64,000 nt of DNA from Bacteroidaceae bacterium (GCA_045631205.1 JAZQUI010000031.1:7606-71605); one strand, 5' to 3'. Positions 28,963 to 38,569 are shown, counted from the stretch's first letter. The notes: a model not told the origin generated them from the sequence alone. Numbers and translations: made by a program.

Positions 28963-31170
28963 ATGATTCAAACTGTTTTAAAACGCGATGGACGCGTTGT
29001 AGGCTTTAATGAGGAAAAAATTATTACGGCTATCCGTAAGGCGATGCTTCATACCGAAAAGGGTGAAGATATGTCGCTCATACGCCAGATTACCGACCAC
29101 ATTTCCTTTCGTGGTGATTCACAGATGACTGTTGAGGCCATCCAGGATATGGTTGAAATGGAACTTATGAAGAGTAGCCGCAAGGATGTTGCCAAAAAAT
29201 ATATTGCCTACCGCAACCAGCGTCACATAGCACGCAAGGCGAAAACCCGCGATATGTTCCAGGAGATTATAAATATAAAATCGAACGACATAACTCGCGA
29301 GAATGCCAATATGAATGCCGACACACCTGCCGGTATGATGATGAAGTTCTCAAGCGAAACTACAAAACCTTTCGTCGATGACTTCCTCTTGGGCGACGAG
29401 GTGTTGGAGGCTGTGCGCAATAGTTACATACACATTCACGACAAGGATTACTATCCCACAAAGAGCCTCACCTGCTGCCAGCACCCTCTCGACCATATTC
29501 TGCACAATGGCTTTTGTGTAGGCCACGGCGAGTCGCGTCCCGCAAAACGTATTGAAACTGCGAGCGTGCTTGCCTGCATATCTATGGAGACTGCGCAGAA
29601 CGAGATGCACGGAGGCCAGGCGATACCTGCTTTCGACTTCTATATGGCACCCTATGTGCGCAACACCTTTATTGAGGAGTTGAAATCGCTCGAGGGGCTT
29701 ATGATGGTAAGTTACGAACATCTATATAATAAGGAGGTAGAGGACTACATTGAGGCACCCCTTGATTTTCTCTCAGGTGACGAGCGCATCGTCCAGCACG
29801 CGATGAACAAGACTGTGAAACGTGTGCATCAGGCAATGGAGGCATTTATCCACAATATGAACACTATACACTCTCGCGGTGGAAACCAGGTGGTCTTCAG
29901 CTCCATAAACTATGGTACCGATACATCGGCCGAAGGCCGTTGCGTTATACGCGAGTTGCTCAACAGTACTTATCGTGGCGTTGGTAACGGTGAGACTGCA
30001 ATCTTCCCCATTCAGATATGGAAAAAGAAACGTGGTGTGAGTTATTTGCCCACCGACAGAAACTACGACCTCTATGAACTTGCATGCAAGGTTTCGGCAC
30101 GTCGTTTCTTTCCCAACTTCTTGAACCTTGATGCCACCTTCAACCAGAACGATGAGTGGCGTGCCGACGATCCTAAACGCTACATTCACGAGGTTGCTAC
30201 AATGGGTTGCCGTACCCGTGTGTTCGAGAACCGCTTTGGTCCCAAAACTTCTGTTGGCCGCGGTAACCTTTCATTCACCACTGTGAACATTGTGCGTATT
30301 GCCATAGAGTGCATGGAGATTGAAAACAAAGAACAACGTATTGCGCAGTTCTTTGCAAAACTCGACGGAGTGCTTGAAATTGCAGCCCGCCAGTTGCACG
30401 AGCGTATGGAATTCCAACGCACTGCATTCGCCAAACAGTTCCCATTGCTTATGTCGGCTCTGTGGGTTGGTTGCGATAAGCTTAAGCCTACTGACACGAT
30501 AGCCTCTGTTATAAACCAGGGTACTTTGGGTATTGGTTTTATTGGTCTTGCCGAGTGTCTTGTGGCTCTTATTGGCAAGCATCACGGTGAGAGCGACGAG
30601 GCTCAGGAGCTTGGTGTGAAGATAGTAACATATATGCGCGACAGAGCAAACGATTTCTCGGAGCGTTATCAGCATAATTACAGTGTTCTTGCAACACCTG
30701 CCGAGGGACTTTCGGGCAAGTTTACCCGTGCCGACCGCAAAGAGTTTGGTACAATCGAGGGTATTACCGACCGCGATTACTACACCAACAGTAACCACGT
30801 TCCTGTATATTACAAGTGTAGCGCACGCCACAAAGCCGAAGTTGAGGCTCCTTATCATGCTCTCACAGGCGGTGGTCACATATTCTATGTGGAAATTGAC
30901 GGTGATGCAACCCATAACCCCGAAGCCATAAAGCGCGTGGTTGATATGATGGATAAGTATAATCTTGGTTATGGCTCTGTGAACCACAACCGCAACCGTT
31001 GTCTTGACTGCGGTTACGAAAATTCGGAGAAAGAGCTCAAAGCTTGTCCTAAATGCGGTAGCACCCGCCTTGACAAGTTGCAGCGAATAACCGGTTATCT
31101 CGTGGGTACAACCGACCGTTGGAACAGTGCAAAACTCGCAGAGCTAAACGACCGCGTGGTGCACGAATAA
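28963..31170 (+). CDS. nrdD: anaerobic ribonucleoside-triphosphate reductase (class III)
   Basis: Has an ATP-cone start (MIQTVLKRDGRVVGFNEEKI), a C-terminal Zn ribbon (CLDCGY...CPKCGS) and the glycyl radical motif (RITGYLV). The start is at the internal ATG at 28963, because the ORF-track start runs into the riboswitch. Confidence 0.95.
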   Translation: MIQTVLKRDGRVVGFNEEKIITAIRKAMLHTEKGEDMSLIRQITDHISFRGDSQMTVEAIQDMVEMELMKSSRKDVAKKYIAYRNQRHIARKAKTRDMFQEIINIKSNDITRENANMNADTPAGMMMKFSSETTKPFVDDFLLGDEVLEAVRNSYIHIHDKDYYPTKSLTCCQHPLDHILHNGFCVGHGESRPAKRIETASVLACISMETAQNEMHGGQAIPAFDFYMAPYVRNTFIEELKSLEGLMMVSYEHLYNKEVEDYIEAPLDFLSGDERIVQHAMNKTVKRVHQAMEAFIHNMNTIHSRGGNQVVFSSINYGTDTSAEGRCVIRELLNSTYRGVGNGETAIFPIQIWKKKRGVSYLPTDRNYDLYELACKVSARRFFPNFLNLDATFNQNDEWRADDPKRYIHEVATMGCRTRVFENRFGPKTSVGRGNLSFTTVNIVRIAIECMEIENKEQRIAQFFAKLDGVLEIAARQLHERMEFQRTAFAKQFPLLMSALWVGCDKLKPTDTIASVINQGTLGIGFIGLAECLVALIGKHHGESDEAQELGVKIVTYMRDRANDFSERYQHNYSVLATPAEGLSGKFTRADRKEFGTIEGITDRDYYTNSNHVPVYYKCSARHKAEVEAPYHALTGGGHIFYVEIDGDATHNPEAIKRVVDMMDKYNLGYGSVNHNRNRCLDCGYENSEKELKACPKCGSTRLDKLQRITGYLVGTTDRWNSAKLAELNDRVVHE

Positions 31171-31175
31171 ATACA

Positions 31176-31667
31176 ATGCTTTACATTCTCGACATACTCG
31201 AAGATACAACTGTAGATGGACCGGGGTTTCGTACCTCGGTCTATTGTGCAGGTTGTCCCAACCGTTGTCCGGGATGCCACAATCCGCAGTCGTGGGATAT
31301 GGGTAACGGCCGTCCGATGGAGACGGCTGATATTTTAAAGATTATCCTCGCCGACCCTTTTGCCGATGTTACATTCAGTGGTGGCGACCCAATGGCTCAG
31401 CCGCAGGGTTTTACCGAACTTGCAATGGCAATAAAAGAGAACAGCGACAAAAATATATGGTGTTTCACCGGCTTTCTATTCGAGGATATTTTGAAGAACC
31501 CGGCGCAAAAAGAACTTCTGCATCACATTGATGTACTTGTTGATGGCCCATTTGTACAGGCATTGAAGGATGAAAGCCTACGTTTCCGTGGGAGCAGTAA
31601 CCAGCGGGTTATAGATGTCCCGGCCTCGCTCATTGCCGGAACTCCGGTTCTTGTCGCAGGAATGTAA
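31176..31667 (+). CDS. nrdG: anaerobic ribonucleotide reductase activating protein (radical SAM)
   Basis: Shows DGPGFRTSVYCAGCPNRCPGCHNPQSW. The start is at the ATG at 31176, 5 nt after the nrdD stop. Confidence 0.9.
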   Translation: MLYILDILEDTTVDGPGFRTSVYCAGCPNRCPGCHNPQSWDMGNGRPMETADILKIILADPFADVTFSGGDPMAQPQGFTELAMAIKENSDKNIWCFTGFLFEDILKNPAQKELLHHIDVLVDGPFVQALKDESLRFRGSSNQRVIDVPASLIAGTPVLVAGM

Positions 31668-31677
31668 AATTTACCGT

Positions 31678-32649
31678 TTAAGACGGGTTGTCGTTTTTTC
31701 GGCAGCCCGTCTTTTTGTATATATATGCTGTGAGCAGGTATAATACCACTCCGCTGGTGACACCGGCAATACCATCGATGAGATAGTGGGCTTTTATATA
31801 AACCGTGGCACAACAAAGCAGAATGTAAAATGGTGCAAGTGTTAGTGCAAGCCCGCGTTTGGCACGGAATGCAAGCAACATTATTATGGTGGAGATACCA
31901 ATATGAGAACTTGGGAATGCTGCCGTTGGGCGCTCGCCCGACGCTTGTGCTGCATTTACAAGGTTTGTGAAAAGTCCGCTTTTTCCGGCTTGGGGTATGG
32001 CTATTTCGGGGTTCAGGTCGAACCAATTACCTATCTCGGGGTAAATGCCGGCAGCAGCGTTGGCATCGCCTATGACGGGAAAATAGAACTGCGGCCCGGC
32101 AACAGGTATAAATATGTAGATAAAATAGTAAATAAAGAAGGCTGCCATAATGATGAATGTGCAGCGCTCGTTCTCCTCTTCCTTTTTAAAGAAATACCAC
32201 AAGGTTATTGTTACAATCATCGGGTAGTAGGCCCAGTATCCCATATTGAATGCTTCGCGCCATAGTGTGTGGTTACATGCCTGGTCGAACAGTTGTGCCG
32301 GCTGGCACGCGAAAAGCGTATATTCGGCGGTAGCGAAAAGGTGGTCGAGGTTCGGGAAAATACGGTTGAATTCAAAAGTGTCGGGGTACCAATAGCTCAG
32401 CAGAGCCATTTGTCCCAAAAGGCGCAGAAAACGGGTTGCACGCGAGGGGTAAAGGGTGTATAAGTATATTACAGCAAATGTCCCAAAGGCTATGAGGAAA
32501 CGCCCCATTAGCATCTCTTGCGGGTTGTGCAGGCGTGGATAGAATATTATTATGAGCAGTGTGGTGAGCAGGTTGTAGAGCAGGTTGAGCTTCTCCACTG
32601 CGAGGAATGTTCTTTCCTCTTTTTTGCGTTTAAAAAAGTTTATAGCCAT
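31678..32649 (-). CDS. PAP2-superfamily integral membrane protein (PAP2_3-like)
   Basis: Polytopic, with C-terminal PAP2 motifs (FPSSH ... HYLIDGIAG). Its start overlaps the stop of the upstream epimerase gene by 10 nt. Confidence 0.7.
   Translation of the reverse strand: MAINFFKRKKEERTFLAVEKLNLLYNLLTTLLIIIFYPRLHNPQEMLMGRFLIAFGTFAVIYLYTLYPSRATRFLRLLGQMALLSYWYPDTFEFNRIFPNLDHLFATAEYTLFACQPAQLFDQACNHTLWREAFNMGYWAYYPMIVTITLWYFFKKEEENERCTFIIMAAFFIYYFIYIFIPVAGPQFYFPVIGDANAAAGIYPEIGNWFDLNPEIAIPQAGKSGLFTNLVNAAQASGERPTAAFPSSHIGISTIIMLLAFRAKRGLALTLAPFYILLCCATVYIKAHYLIDGIAGVTSGVVLYLLTAYIYKKTGCRKNDNPS
31680..31716 (+). terminator. intrinsic terminator of nrdDG, embedded in the 3' end of the convergent PAP2 gene
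   Basis: Stem aagacgggttg / cagcccgtctt followed by ttt. Confidence 0.6.
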
Positions 32650-33653
32650 TGTTCTTGTTTGTACCAGTTGATTGTCTCTTTTGTGCCTTTCTCAAGTGTG
32701 TAGTCGGCTGTGAAGCCAAGCTCTTTTTCTATTGGTGTTGTGTCGCAGAGCCAGTTGCGTTGTTTCATTATGTTGTACTTGTCGCTGTTGAGTGTTGCCG
32801 GCTTGCGGGTGATGCGTGCGATACTTTCTGTTATCAGCGATATAGCTTTAAGCACCCACAGAGGTGCTGTAATGTGTAATACCCATTTTATCCCGAGGCT
32901 CTCCTGTATGTAGTCGCTGAAACTGCGGCTGCTGTAACCGCGTGGCTCGCTCACAAAATAACTGCGGTTTGTTACACTCTTTTCTATTGCAAGATAGACT
33001 GCCTTTACAAGGTCCTTTACATATATAAAGGTTATCGTCTGTTTCTTGTAACCAACGGCAAAGTCGATATGGTTTTTTATGCTCACTGCCATTTGAAAGT
33101 AGTCGCGTTCGCGCGGGCCATATACTCCGGTGGGGCGCAGTGTTATATAGGGTACTCCGCACTTTTTTATGTAGGCTTCGGCAAGTAGTTTGCTGTGCCC
33201 GTATGCGGTGTTGGGCGCCGCAGTGTCGCTATCCTTAATGGGGGTGTGTGGTTCATCTTCCCTTGCCGGGCCAAAGATTGAAAGCGAGCTAAGGTATATT
33301 ATTTTTTCGGGTGTTGCATCGGCGGCTTTCAGAGCCTCTACAAGGTTGTGTGTGCCCTCGAAGTTTGTGCGTAAAAAATCCTTTTTATCGAGACATTTTG
33401 TTGCGCCGGCAGCGTGTACGACATAGTCCCACGCTCCGTGTTTGCCGGCAAAGGCGGCTATTTGTGTGGTGAGGGCATCCCTGTCGCCTAGGTTCAGCTC
33501 TATGAGGTTTATGCGCTTGTCCTGCAGGAATTGCAGGTTGCTGCTGTGGCGTATGCCGGCCCACACTTCATATCCTCGTTCGAGCCCTTGCTCCACAATG
33601 AAACTGCCTATGAAGCCGCTTGCTCCCGTTACAAGAATTTTCTTTGCTGACAT
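32640..33653 (-). CDS. NAD-dependent epimerase/dehydratase family protein
   Basis: Shows KILVTGASGFIGSF and a YGHSK (YxxxK) motif. The start is set at the ATG at 33653 (MSAKKILV). Confidence 0.85.
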   Translation of the reverse strand: MSAKKILVTGASGFIGSFIVEQGLERGYEVWAGIRHSSNLQFLQDKRINLIELNLGDRDALTTQIAAFAGKHGAWDYVVHAAGATKCLDKKDFLRTNFEGTHNLVEALKAADATPEKIIYLSSLSIFGPAREDEPHTPIKDSDTAAPNTAYGHSKLLAEAYIKKCGVPYITLRPTGVYGPRERDYFQMAVSIKNHIDFAVGYKKQTITFIYVKDLVKAVYLAIEKSVTNRSYFVSEPRGYSSRSFSDYIQESLGIKWVLHITAPLWVLKAISLITESIARITRKPATLNSDKYNIMKQRNWLCDTTPIEKELGFTADYTLEKGTKETINWYKQEQWL

Positions 33654-33749
33654 ATTGTATTGGTTTTCTGTCTGCGAAGGTACTCTTTTTTTCTCGTTTG
33701 CAGGGTATGTTTTTGGCAAAATAGCAACCCGGTCGCGAGTGGGAGCACT

Positions 33750-33757
33750 TACTTTTG
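33750..33757 (+). promoter_or_regulatory. -7 box TACTTTTG upstream of the 114-aa ORF
   Basis: Exact TAnnTTTG match, 32 nt before the ATG at 33789. Confidence 0.35.
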
Positions 33758-33788
33758 TATTAACGCTTATGTTTTATGATTTTCAGTT

Positions 33789-34133
33789 ATGGTTAAAAAG
33801 TTAAAATCGCTTTTGTCGGTTTTTGGCGCGTCGGGCAAGAGGTATAAGTTCTCGTTGTTTTCCTTCGACAAAATATCGGGGATAGAGGATGCCTTCCCCG
33901 ATGAGGGGGCTGTTTTCCTGTTTGCCCGCAGGGCTTACGATGTGCTTCGTTTCCGGTTTGTGTATAAGTTGTTGCATTGTGGAGAGACACGTGATTTGTC
34001 GGTATTGTCGGCGGGAAGGTTGTCGCACGCAATACCATCGTTGCTTGCTGCCGATTGTGTTGCTGTGCTTTTTGAAAAGGATGCCAGTGTGCGCAGTGGT
34101 GTGGTTAAGGATATATTGAAGCGCAATTTTTGA
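33789..34133 (+). CDS. hypothetical protein (114 aa), coding status uncertain
   Basis: An ATG ORF sits 32 nt downstream of a TACTTTTG box. I recognise no family, and four other ORFs of 60 aa or more overlap it in three other reading frames. Confidence 0.4.
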   Translation: MVKKLKSLLSVFGASGKRYKFSLFSFDKISGIEDAFPDEGAVFLFARRAYDVLRFRFVYKLLHCGETRDLSVLSAGRLSHAIPSLLAADCVAVLFEKDASVRSGVVKDILKRNF

Positions 34134-34208
34134 TTGTTGTTTTCTGTGATTTGCTTGTTTTCTCTTTTTTTATTCGTAATTTAGCGCAATAGATAAAATG
34201 CGGATATT

Positions 34209-36365
34209 ATGGCAAAAAAATGCGGTAAGTCTAAGGGAAAAATAAACAAGCAGGTGCTTGTGGATATGTTGGTTGAGTTTTTTAACCGTCACGATGGTGA
34301 GCAGGCAAGTTCTAAAGAAATTTTCAAGGAGTTGGGGCTTACCTCTTCGTCGGCTCGTACGTTGTGTGTGAGCATACTCGATGACCTGGTTTTCGACGGT
34401 TATCTTGTGGAGCCGGCTTTCCGTAGATACCAGTTGGCGAACAGTGCTTCGTCGATGTTGGGAACATTCAAGCGCAATAATCACGGATACAACATGTTCT
34501 ACCCCGACGACGAGAGTGAGCCGGTGATGGTGTCGGAACGCAACTCGGCGCACGCGCTCACCGACGACTATGTGCGTGTGGCACTCTTTGCCCGTCGACG
34601 CGGTCGCGGTCGTGAGGGTGAAGTTGTTGAGGTGTTGAAACGTGCACACGATACTTTTGTAGGTGAACTGCACGTTGAAAAGCACTATGCCTTTCTGCTT
34701 ACCGACGACCGCTCCATGCCTTGCGATATATTCATACCTCGCGACCTTTTGAAAGGCGGTAGAAACGGCGACAAGGCTATCGTGAAGATGCTTGAATGGC
34801 CGCTTGACAGCAAGAACCCTGTGGGCAAGGTTGTGGATATTCTAGGTAAGGTGGGTGAGAACGATGCCGAAATGAACGCTATTCTTGCCGAGTATGGCTT
34901 GCCCTATATATACCCTGCAGCGGTGGAGCAGGCTGCCGAGAAACTCGCCGTGGGCATCACCCCCGAGGAGATAGCACAGCGCGAGGATTTCCGTGGTGTA
35001 ACAACCTTTACAATAGACCCGGATGATGCAAAGGACTTCGACGATGCGCTCTCAATACGCTCCCTCTCCGACAGTGAGTGGGAGATTGGTGTTCACATCG
35101 CCGACGTATCGTATTATGTTACCGAGGGTAGCATCATAGACAAAGAGGCTTACAAGCGTGCCACATCGATATATCTTGTTGACCGCACCATACCAATGCT
35201 TCCCGAGCGTTTGTGTAACTTCCTTTGCTCTTTGCGTCCCAACGAGGATAAACTTGCCTACTCGGTTATATTCACAATGAACGATAAGGCCGAGGTAAAG
35301 AACTTCCGTATCGCACGTACTGTGATAAACAGCGACCGTCGTTTCTGCTACGACGAGGTGCAGGAGATTATAACCAAAGGAGAGGGAGAGTTTTTTACTG
35401 AGATAAGCAAACTGAACTCTCTTGCACAGATTATGCGCACCAAGAGATTTGCAGCCGGAGCGATAGATTTTCAACAGGCCGAAGTGCATTTCCGTCTCGA
35501 CGAGAAGGGTAAACCTTTGTCGGTATATTTCAGCGACAGCAACGAGTCGCACCAGCTCATTGAGGAGTTTATGTTGCTTGCAAACCGCACTGTAGCCGAA
35601 AAGATCGGCCGCCGAGTGCCGGGCAACACTCCAAAGACTTTTGTCTATCGAATACACGACCAACCCAACCCCGAAAAACTTGCTATGCTCTCCAATTTTG
35701 TGAGCAAGTTGGGCTACAAGATGCGTAGCGGTTCAGGCCGCACAACATCGGCATCGGCAATGAACAACCTGCTCAAAGAGGTACACGGTACCAAAGAGCA
35801 GAATGTGATAGAACAAATTTCGGTGCGTACAATGCAGAAGGCACGCTATTCTACCGAGAACATAGGTCACTATGGTCTTGCATTCCGTTACTACACGCAC
35901 TTCACTTCGCCCATTCGTCGTTACCCCGACTTGCTTGTGCATCGTCTCCTTACCCGCTATCTGTTGCAGGGGGCACGTTCGGCAAGCCTTCCCAAGTACG
36001 ATGATTTCTGTGAGCATTGTTCGGCGCAGGAACAGGTTGCTGCAAATGCCGAGCGCGCGAGCATCAAGTACAAGCAGGTGGAGTTTATGAGCGAGCACAT
36101 TGGCGATGAGTTCGACGCTGTGATAAGCGGTGTTACCGAGTGGGGCTTCTATGCCGAAATAAACGAGAATAAGTGCGAGGGTATGGTTCCGTTGCGTACA
36201 TTGCAGGACGATTACTACGAGTTTGACGATGCCAATTACTGCCTTGTGGGGCGTCGCAAGCACAAGCGTTACACCATTGGTGATGCAGTACGCATACGCA
36301 TTGCGCGTGCCAACCTTGACCGCAAGCAACTCGATTTTGAGCTTGTGGCTCACTATGTCGATTAG
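34209..36365 (+). CDS. rnr: ribonuclease R
   Basis: The RNB domain blocks are present (FTIDPDDAKDFDDALS, VHIADVSYYV, HYGLAFRYYTHFTSPIRRYPDLLVHR). The C-terminus carries an S1 domain. Confidence 0.95.
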   Translation: MAKKCGKSKGKINKQVLVDMLVEFFNRHDGEQASSKEIFKELGLTSSSARTLCVSILDDLVFDGYLVEPAFRRYQLANSASSMLGTFKRNNHGYNMFYPDDESEPVMVSERNSAHALTDDYVRVALFARRRGRGREGEVVEVLKRAHDTFVGELHVEKHYAFLLTDDRSMPCDIFIPRDLLKGGRNGDKAIVKMLEWPLDSKNPVGKVVDILGKVGENDAEMNAILAEYGLPYIYPAAVEQAAEKLAVGITPEEIAQREDFRGVTTFTIDPDDAKDFDDALSIRSLSDSEWEIGVHIADVSYYVTEGSIIDKEAYKRATSIYLVDRTIPMLPERLCNFLCSLRPNEDKLAYSVIFTMNDKAEVKNFRIARTVINSDRRFCYDEVQEIITKGEGEFFTEISKLNSLAQIMRTKRFAAGAIDFQQAEVHFRLDEKGKPLSVYFSDSNESHQLIEEFMLLANRTVAEKIGRRVPGNTPKTFVYRIHDQPNPEKLAMLSNFVSKLGYKMRSGSGRTTSASAMNNLLKEVHGTKEQNVIEQISVRTMQKARYSTENIGHYGLAFRYYTHFTSPIRRYPDLLVHRLLTRYLLQGARSASLPKYDDFCEHCSAQEQVAANAERASIKYKQVEFMSEHIGDEFDAVISGVTEWGFYAEINENKCEGMVPLRTLQDDYYEFDDANYCLVGRRKHKRYTIGDAVRIRIARANLDRKQLDFELVAHYVD

Positions 36366-36373
36366 TTAACGGG

Positions 36374-36390
36374 TTTCAAATTCATTTCAG
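36374..36390 (+). promoter_or_regulatory. 17-nt motif tttcaaattcatttcag (candidate response-regulator site), copy 1
   Basis: Lies 35-51 nt upstream of the response regulator ATG. It matches the copy at 38450-38466 at 16 of 17 positions and contains TTTCA direct repeats 11 nt apart. Confidence 0.4.
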
Positions 36391-36424
36391 TTTTATTCCC
36401 TTTCTTTACAAAAACGTAAAAACC

Positions 36425-37102
36425 ATGAAACTGCTGATAATAGAGGACGATGCGTCGTTGAGCGAGATTATGTCGCGTGCTTTGCGTGGAGAGGGCTATG
36501 TGGTGGAGACTGCTGCCACTCTCTTCGAAGCTGAAGATAAAATAGCCGGGTACAGTTACGATTGTATTCTGCTCGATATTATGTTGCCCGACGGCAATGG
36601 TCTTAAATTGCTTGAACATATAAAGTTGCTCGACAAGGGTGACAGAGTGATAATAATTTCGGCGCGCGATTCCATTGATGACAAGGTGGCGGGTCTCGAC
36701 CTTGGAGCCGACGATTACCTTGCCAAGCCTTTTTATATGGCCGAACTTTCGGCGCGAATAAAGAGCGTGTTGCGTCGTGGCAATGGTGCGGTAACGCAAC
36801 AGATGTCGAGTGGGAACATTGCACTTAACCTGCAAAGCCGCACTGTTGCGGTGGCCGGTTGCAATGTGCCTCTGCTCAAGAAAGAGTTCGATATTTTGCT
36901 CTATTTTATGCAACGTCCGGGGCACATCGTTGACAAGGCTGTGCTTGCCGAGGCTGTCTGGGGTGACCATATAGATGCAGTGGATAACTTCCAGTTCATA
37001 TATGCGCAGATAAAGAATTTGAGAAAGAAACTTACCGAGGCCGGTGCAACGGCGAATATCAAGGCGGTCTATGGCTTCGGGTATAAATTTGCCGAGGTAT
37101 GA
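36425..37102 (+). CDS. OmpR/PhoB-type response regulator
   Basis: Receiver domain (LLIIEDD, LLDIMLPDGNG, DDYLAKPF) with a winged-helix C-terminus (VYGFGYKF). Confidence 0.9.
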   Translation: MKLLIIEDDASLSEIMSRALRGEGYVVETAATLFEAEDKIAGYSYDCILLDIMLPDGNGLKLLEHIKLLDKGDRVIIISARDSIDDKVAGLDLGADDYLAKPFYMAELSARIKSVLRRGNGAVTQQMSSGNIALNLQSRTVAVAGCNVPLLKKEFDILLYFMQRPGHIVDKAVLAEAVWGDHIDAVDNFQFIYAQIKNLRKKLTEAGATANIKAVYGFGYKFAEV

Positions 37103-38361
37103 AACTTCTCTATAGTATAATATGGCGTATGGCAGTGGCTCTTCTGCCCATTCTCGCCCTTTGGTCGGTGGTGTTCTACTTCTCTATGGTGGAGGAGATA
37201 AATGATGAAACTGACGATAGCCTTGAAGGGTATGCCGAACTTATAATACGCCGTGCTCTTGCAGGTGTTGAACTTCCTACTCCCGGCGATGGCAGCAACA
37301 ATAGTTACACGCTTGAACTGTTGGGCGATGCTGCACTCACACCTGCTTCGATGGCCTATAGCGACTCGCTTGTCTATATTCACGAAAAGCGCGAGACAGA
37401 ACCTGCGCGTGTGCTCACAGCTCATTTTCACGATGCTCTGGGGCAGGCCTATCGTCTTGTGGTTACAATGCCCACATTCGAGCGTGCCGACCTGCTATTG
37501 TCGGTCTTTTGGCACATACTTTCTCTCTATTTGGTGGTTGTACTCACTGTGTTCATTGCTACCATTCTGGTATTCAAGCGCAGTATGCGCCCTCTTTACC
37601 GTTTGCTTGCGTGGCTCGACAAATATACCCCCGGAAAGGGAGTGAAAGGGTTTCCTGCATCGTCGTCGGTTGTGGAGTTTGATAAGTTGCTATATAGTGC
37701 AAAGAGTACCATAGCGCGTGCCGAAAGCTATTTTGAGCAGCAAAAGGAATTTTTGGGCAATGCTTCACACGAGTTGCAGACTCCATTGGCTGTTATTGGC
37801 AATCGTATAGAATGGTTGATGAACAATACAGAGTTGAGCGAAGAACAGGCTATGGAACTTTATAAAATGCAACAATCCCTGCGTCGTCTTGTGCGCCTTA
37901 ATCGCACGTTGCTTCTGCTCACAAAAATCGATAACGGTCAGTTCCCGGATGCCGTGGATGTGAATATTGCTGAAATTTTACGTTCCGAGGCTGAAACATA
38001 TTCTGAAATCTATGCCGATCGTGGTTTGGAATGTCGCATAGATGCTTCTCGTCATCTTGTGGTACGTATGAACGAGGAACTGGCTCTGATACTTGTGACC
38101 AACCTTGTGAAAAATGCATTTCTTCACTCTCCTGGTGGTGCTTGTGTTGAGTGTGTGGTAACCGAAAACAGTGTTGTTGTGTCGAACAACGGCGATGCTC
38201 CGCTCGACGAGCAACGCCTTTTTGACCGCTTTTACAAAGCCGGCAAGAGTGGCAATACCGGGCTTGGTCTTGCGCTTGTAGGTGCTGTTGTGCGTTATTA
38301 TGGTTACAAGGTGCATTACTCCTTTGCCGCAGGCAATCATCGTTTCGAGGTTGTTTTTTAG
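37099..38361 (+). CDS. sensor histidine kinase
   Basis: Two N-terminal TM helices, an H-box (ASHELQTPLAVI), an N-box (NLVKNAFLHS) and a G-box (GLGLALV). An ATGA overlap links it to the regulator gene. Confidence 0.9.
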   Translation: MKLLYSIIWRMAVALLPILALWSVVFYFSMVEEINDETDDSLEGYAELIIRRALAGVELPTPGDGSNNSYTLELLGDAALTPASMAYSDSLVYIHEKRETEPARVLTAHFHDALGQAYRLVVTMPTFERADLLLSVFWHILSLYLVVVLTVFIATILVFKRSMRPLYRLLAWLDKYTPGKGVKGFPASSSVVEFDKLLYSAKSTIARAESYFEQQKEFLGNASHELQTPLAVIGNRIEWLMNNTELSEEQAMELYKMQQSLRRLVRLNRTLLLLTKIDNGQFPDAVDVNIAEILRSEAETYSEIYADRGLECRIDASRHLVVRMNEELALILVTNLVKNAFLHSPGGACVECVVTENSVVVSNNGDAPLDEQRLFDRFYKAGKSGNTGLGLALVGAVVRYYGYKVHYSFAAGNHRFEVVF

Positions 38362-38386
38362 CCTGGTTGCCCAAACTTATATATAG

Positions 38387-38417
38387 AAAAAATCCTCTTC
38401 GGGGGATTTTTTTGTTT
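38387..38417 (+). terminator. intrinsic terminator after the histidine kinase gene
   Basis: The sequence aaaaaatcctc ttcg ggggattttttt forms a hairpin with a T-run. Confidence 0.7.
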
Positions 38418-38449
38418 TTAGCATAATTTTTTTTTCAAAAAAACGAAAA

Positions 38450-38466
38450 TTTCAATTTCATTTCAG
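38450..38466 (+). promoter_or_regulatory. 17-nt motif tttcaatttcatttcag, copy 2
   Basis: Lies 104-120 nt upstream of the PepSY-like gene ATG, downstream of the kinase terminator. An additional TTTCA sits at 38433. Confidence 0.4.
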
Positions 38467-38569
38467 AATCGCATATAATATTTGCATCGTAAACAGAGTG
38501 GAAGAGATAAACAACACCACCTGTTTAAGCGTTAAATAAAATAAGTATAACTGAATTAAATTTGAATTT

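Noticed and set aside
28728-29009. 93-aa ORF covering the nrdD upstream region.
   Set aside because: It coincides with the cobalamin riboswitch core, so it is non-coding RNA.
38557-38564. TAAATTTG box 6 nt before the PepSY-like ATG, considered as a promoter.
   Set aside because: It is too close to the start codon unless the mRNA is leaderless. I left it out of the feature list.
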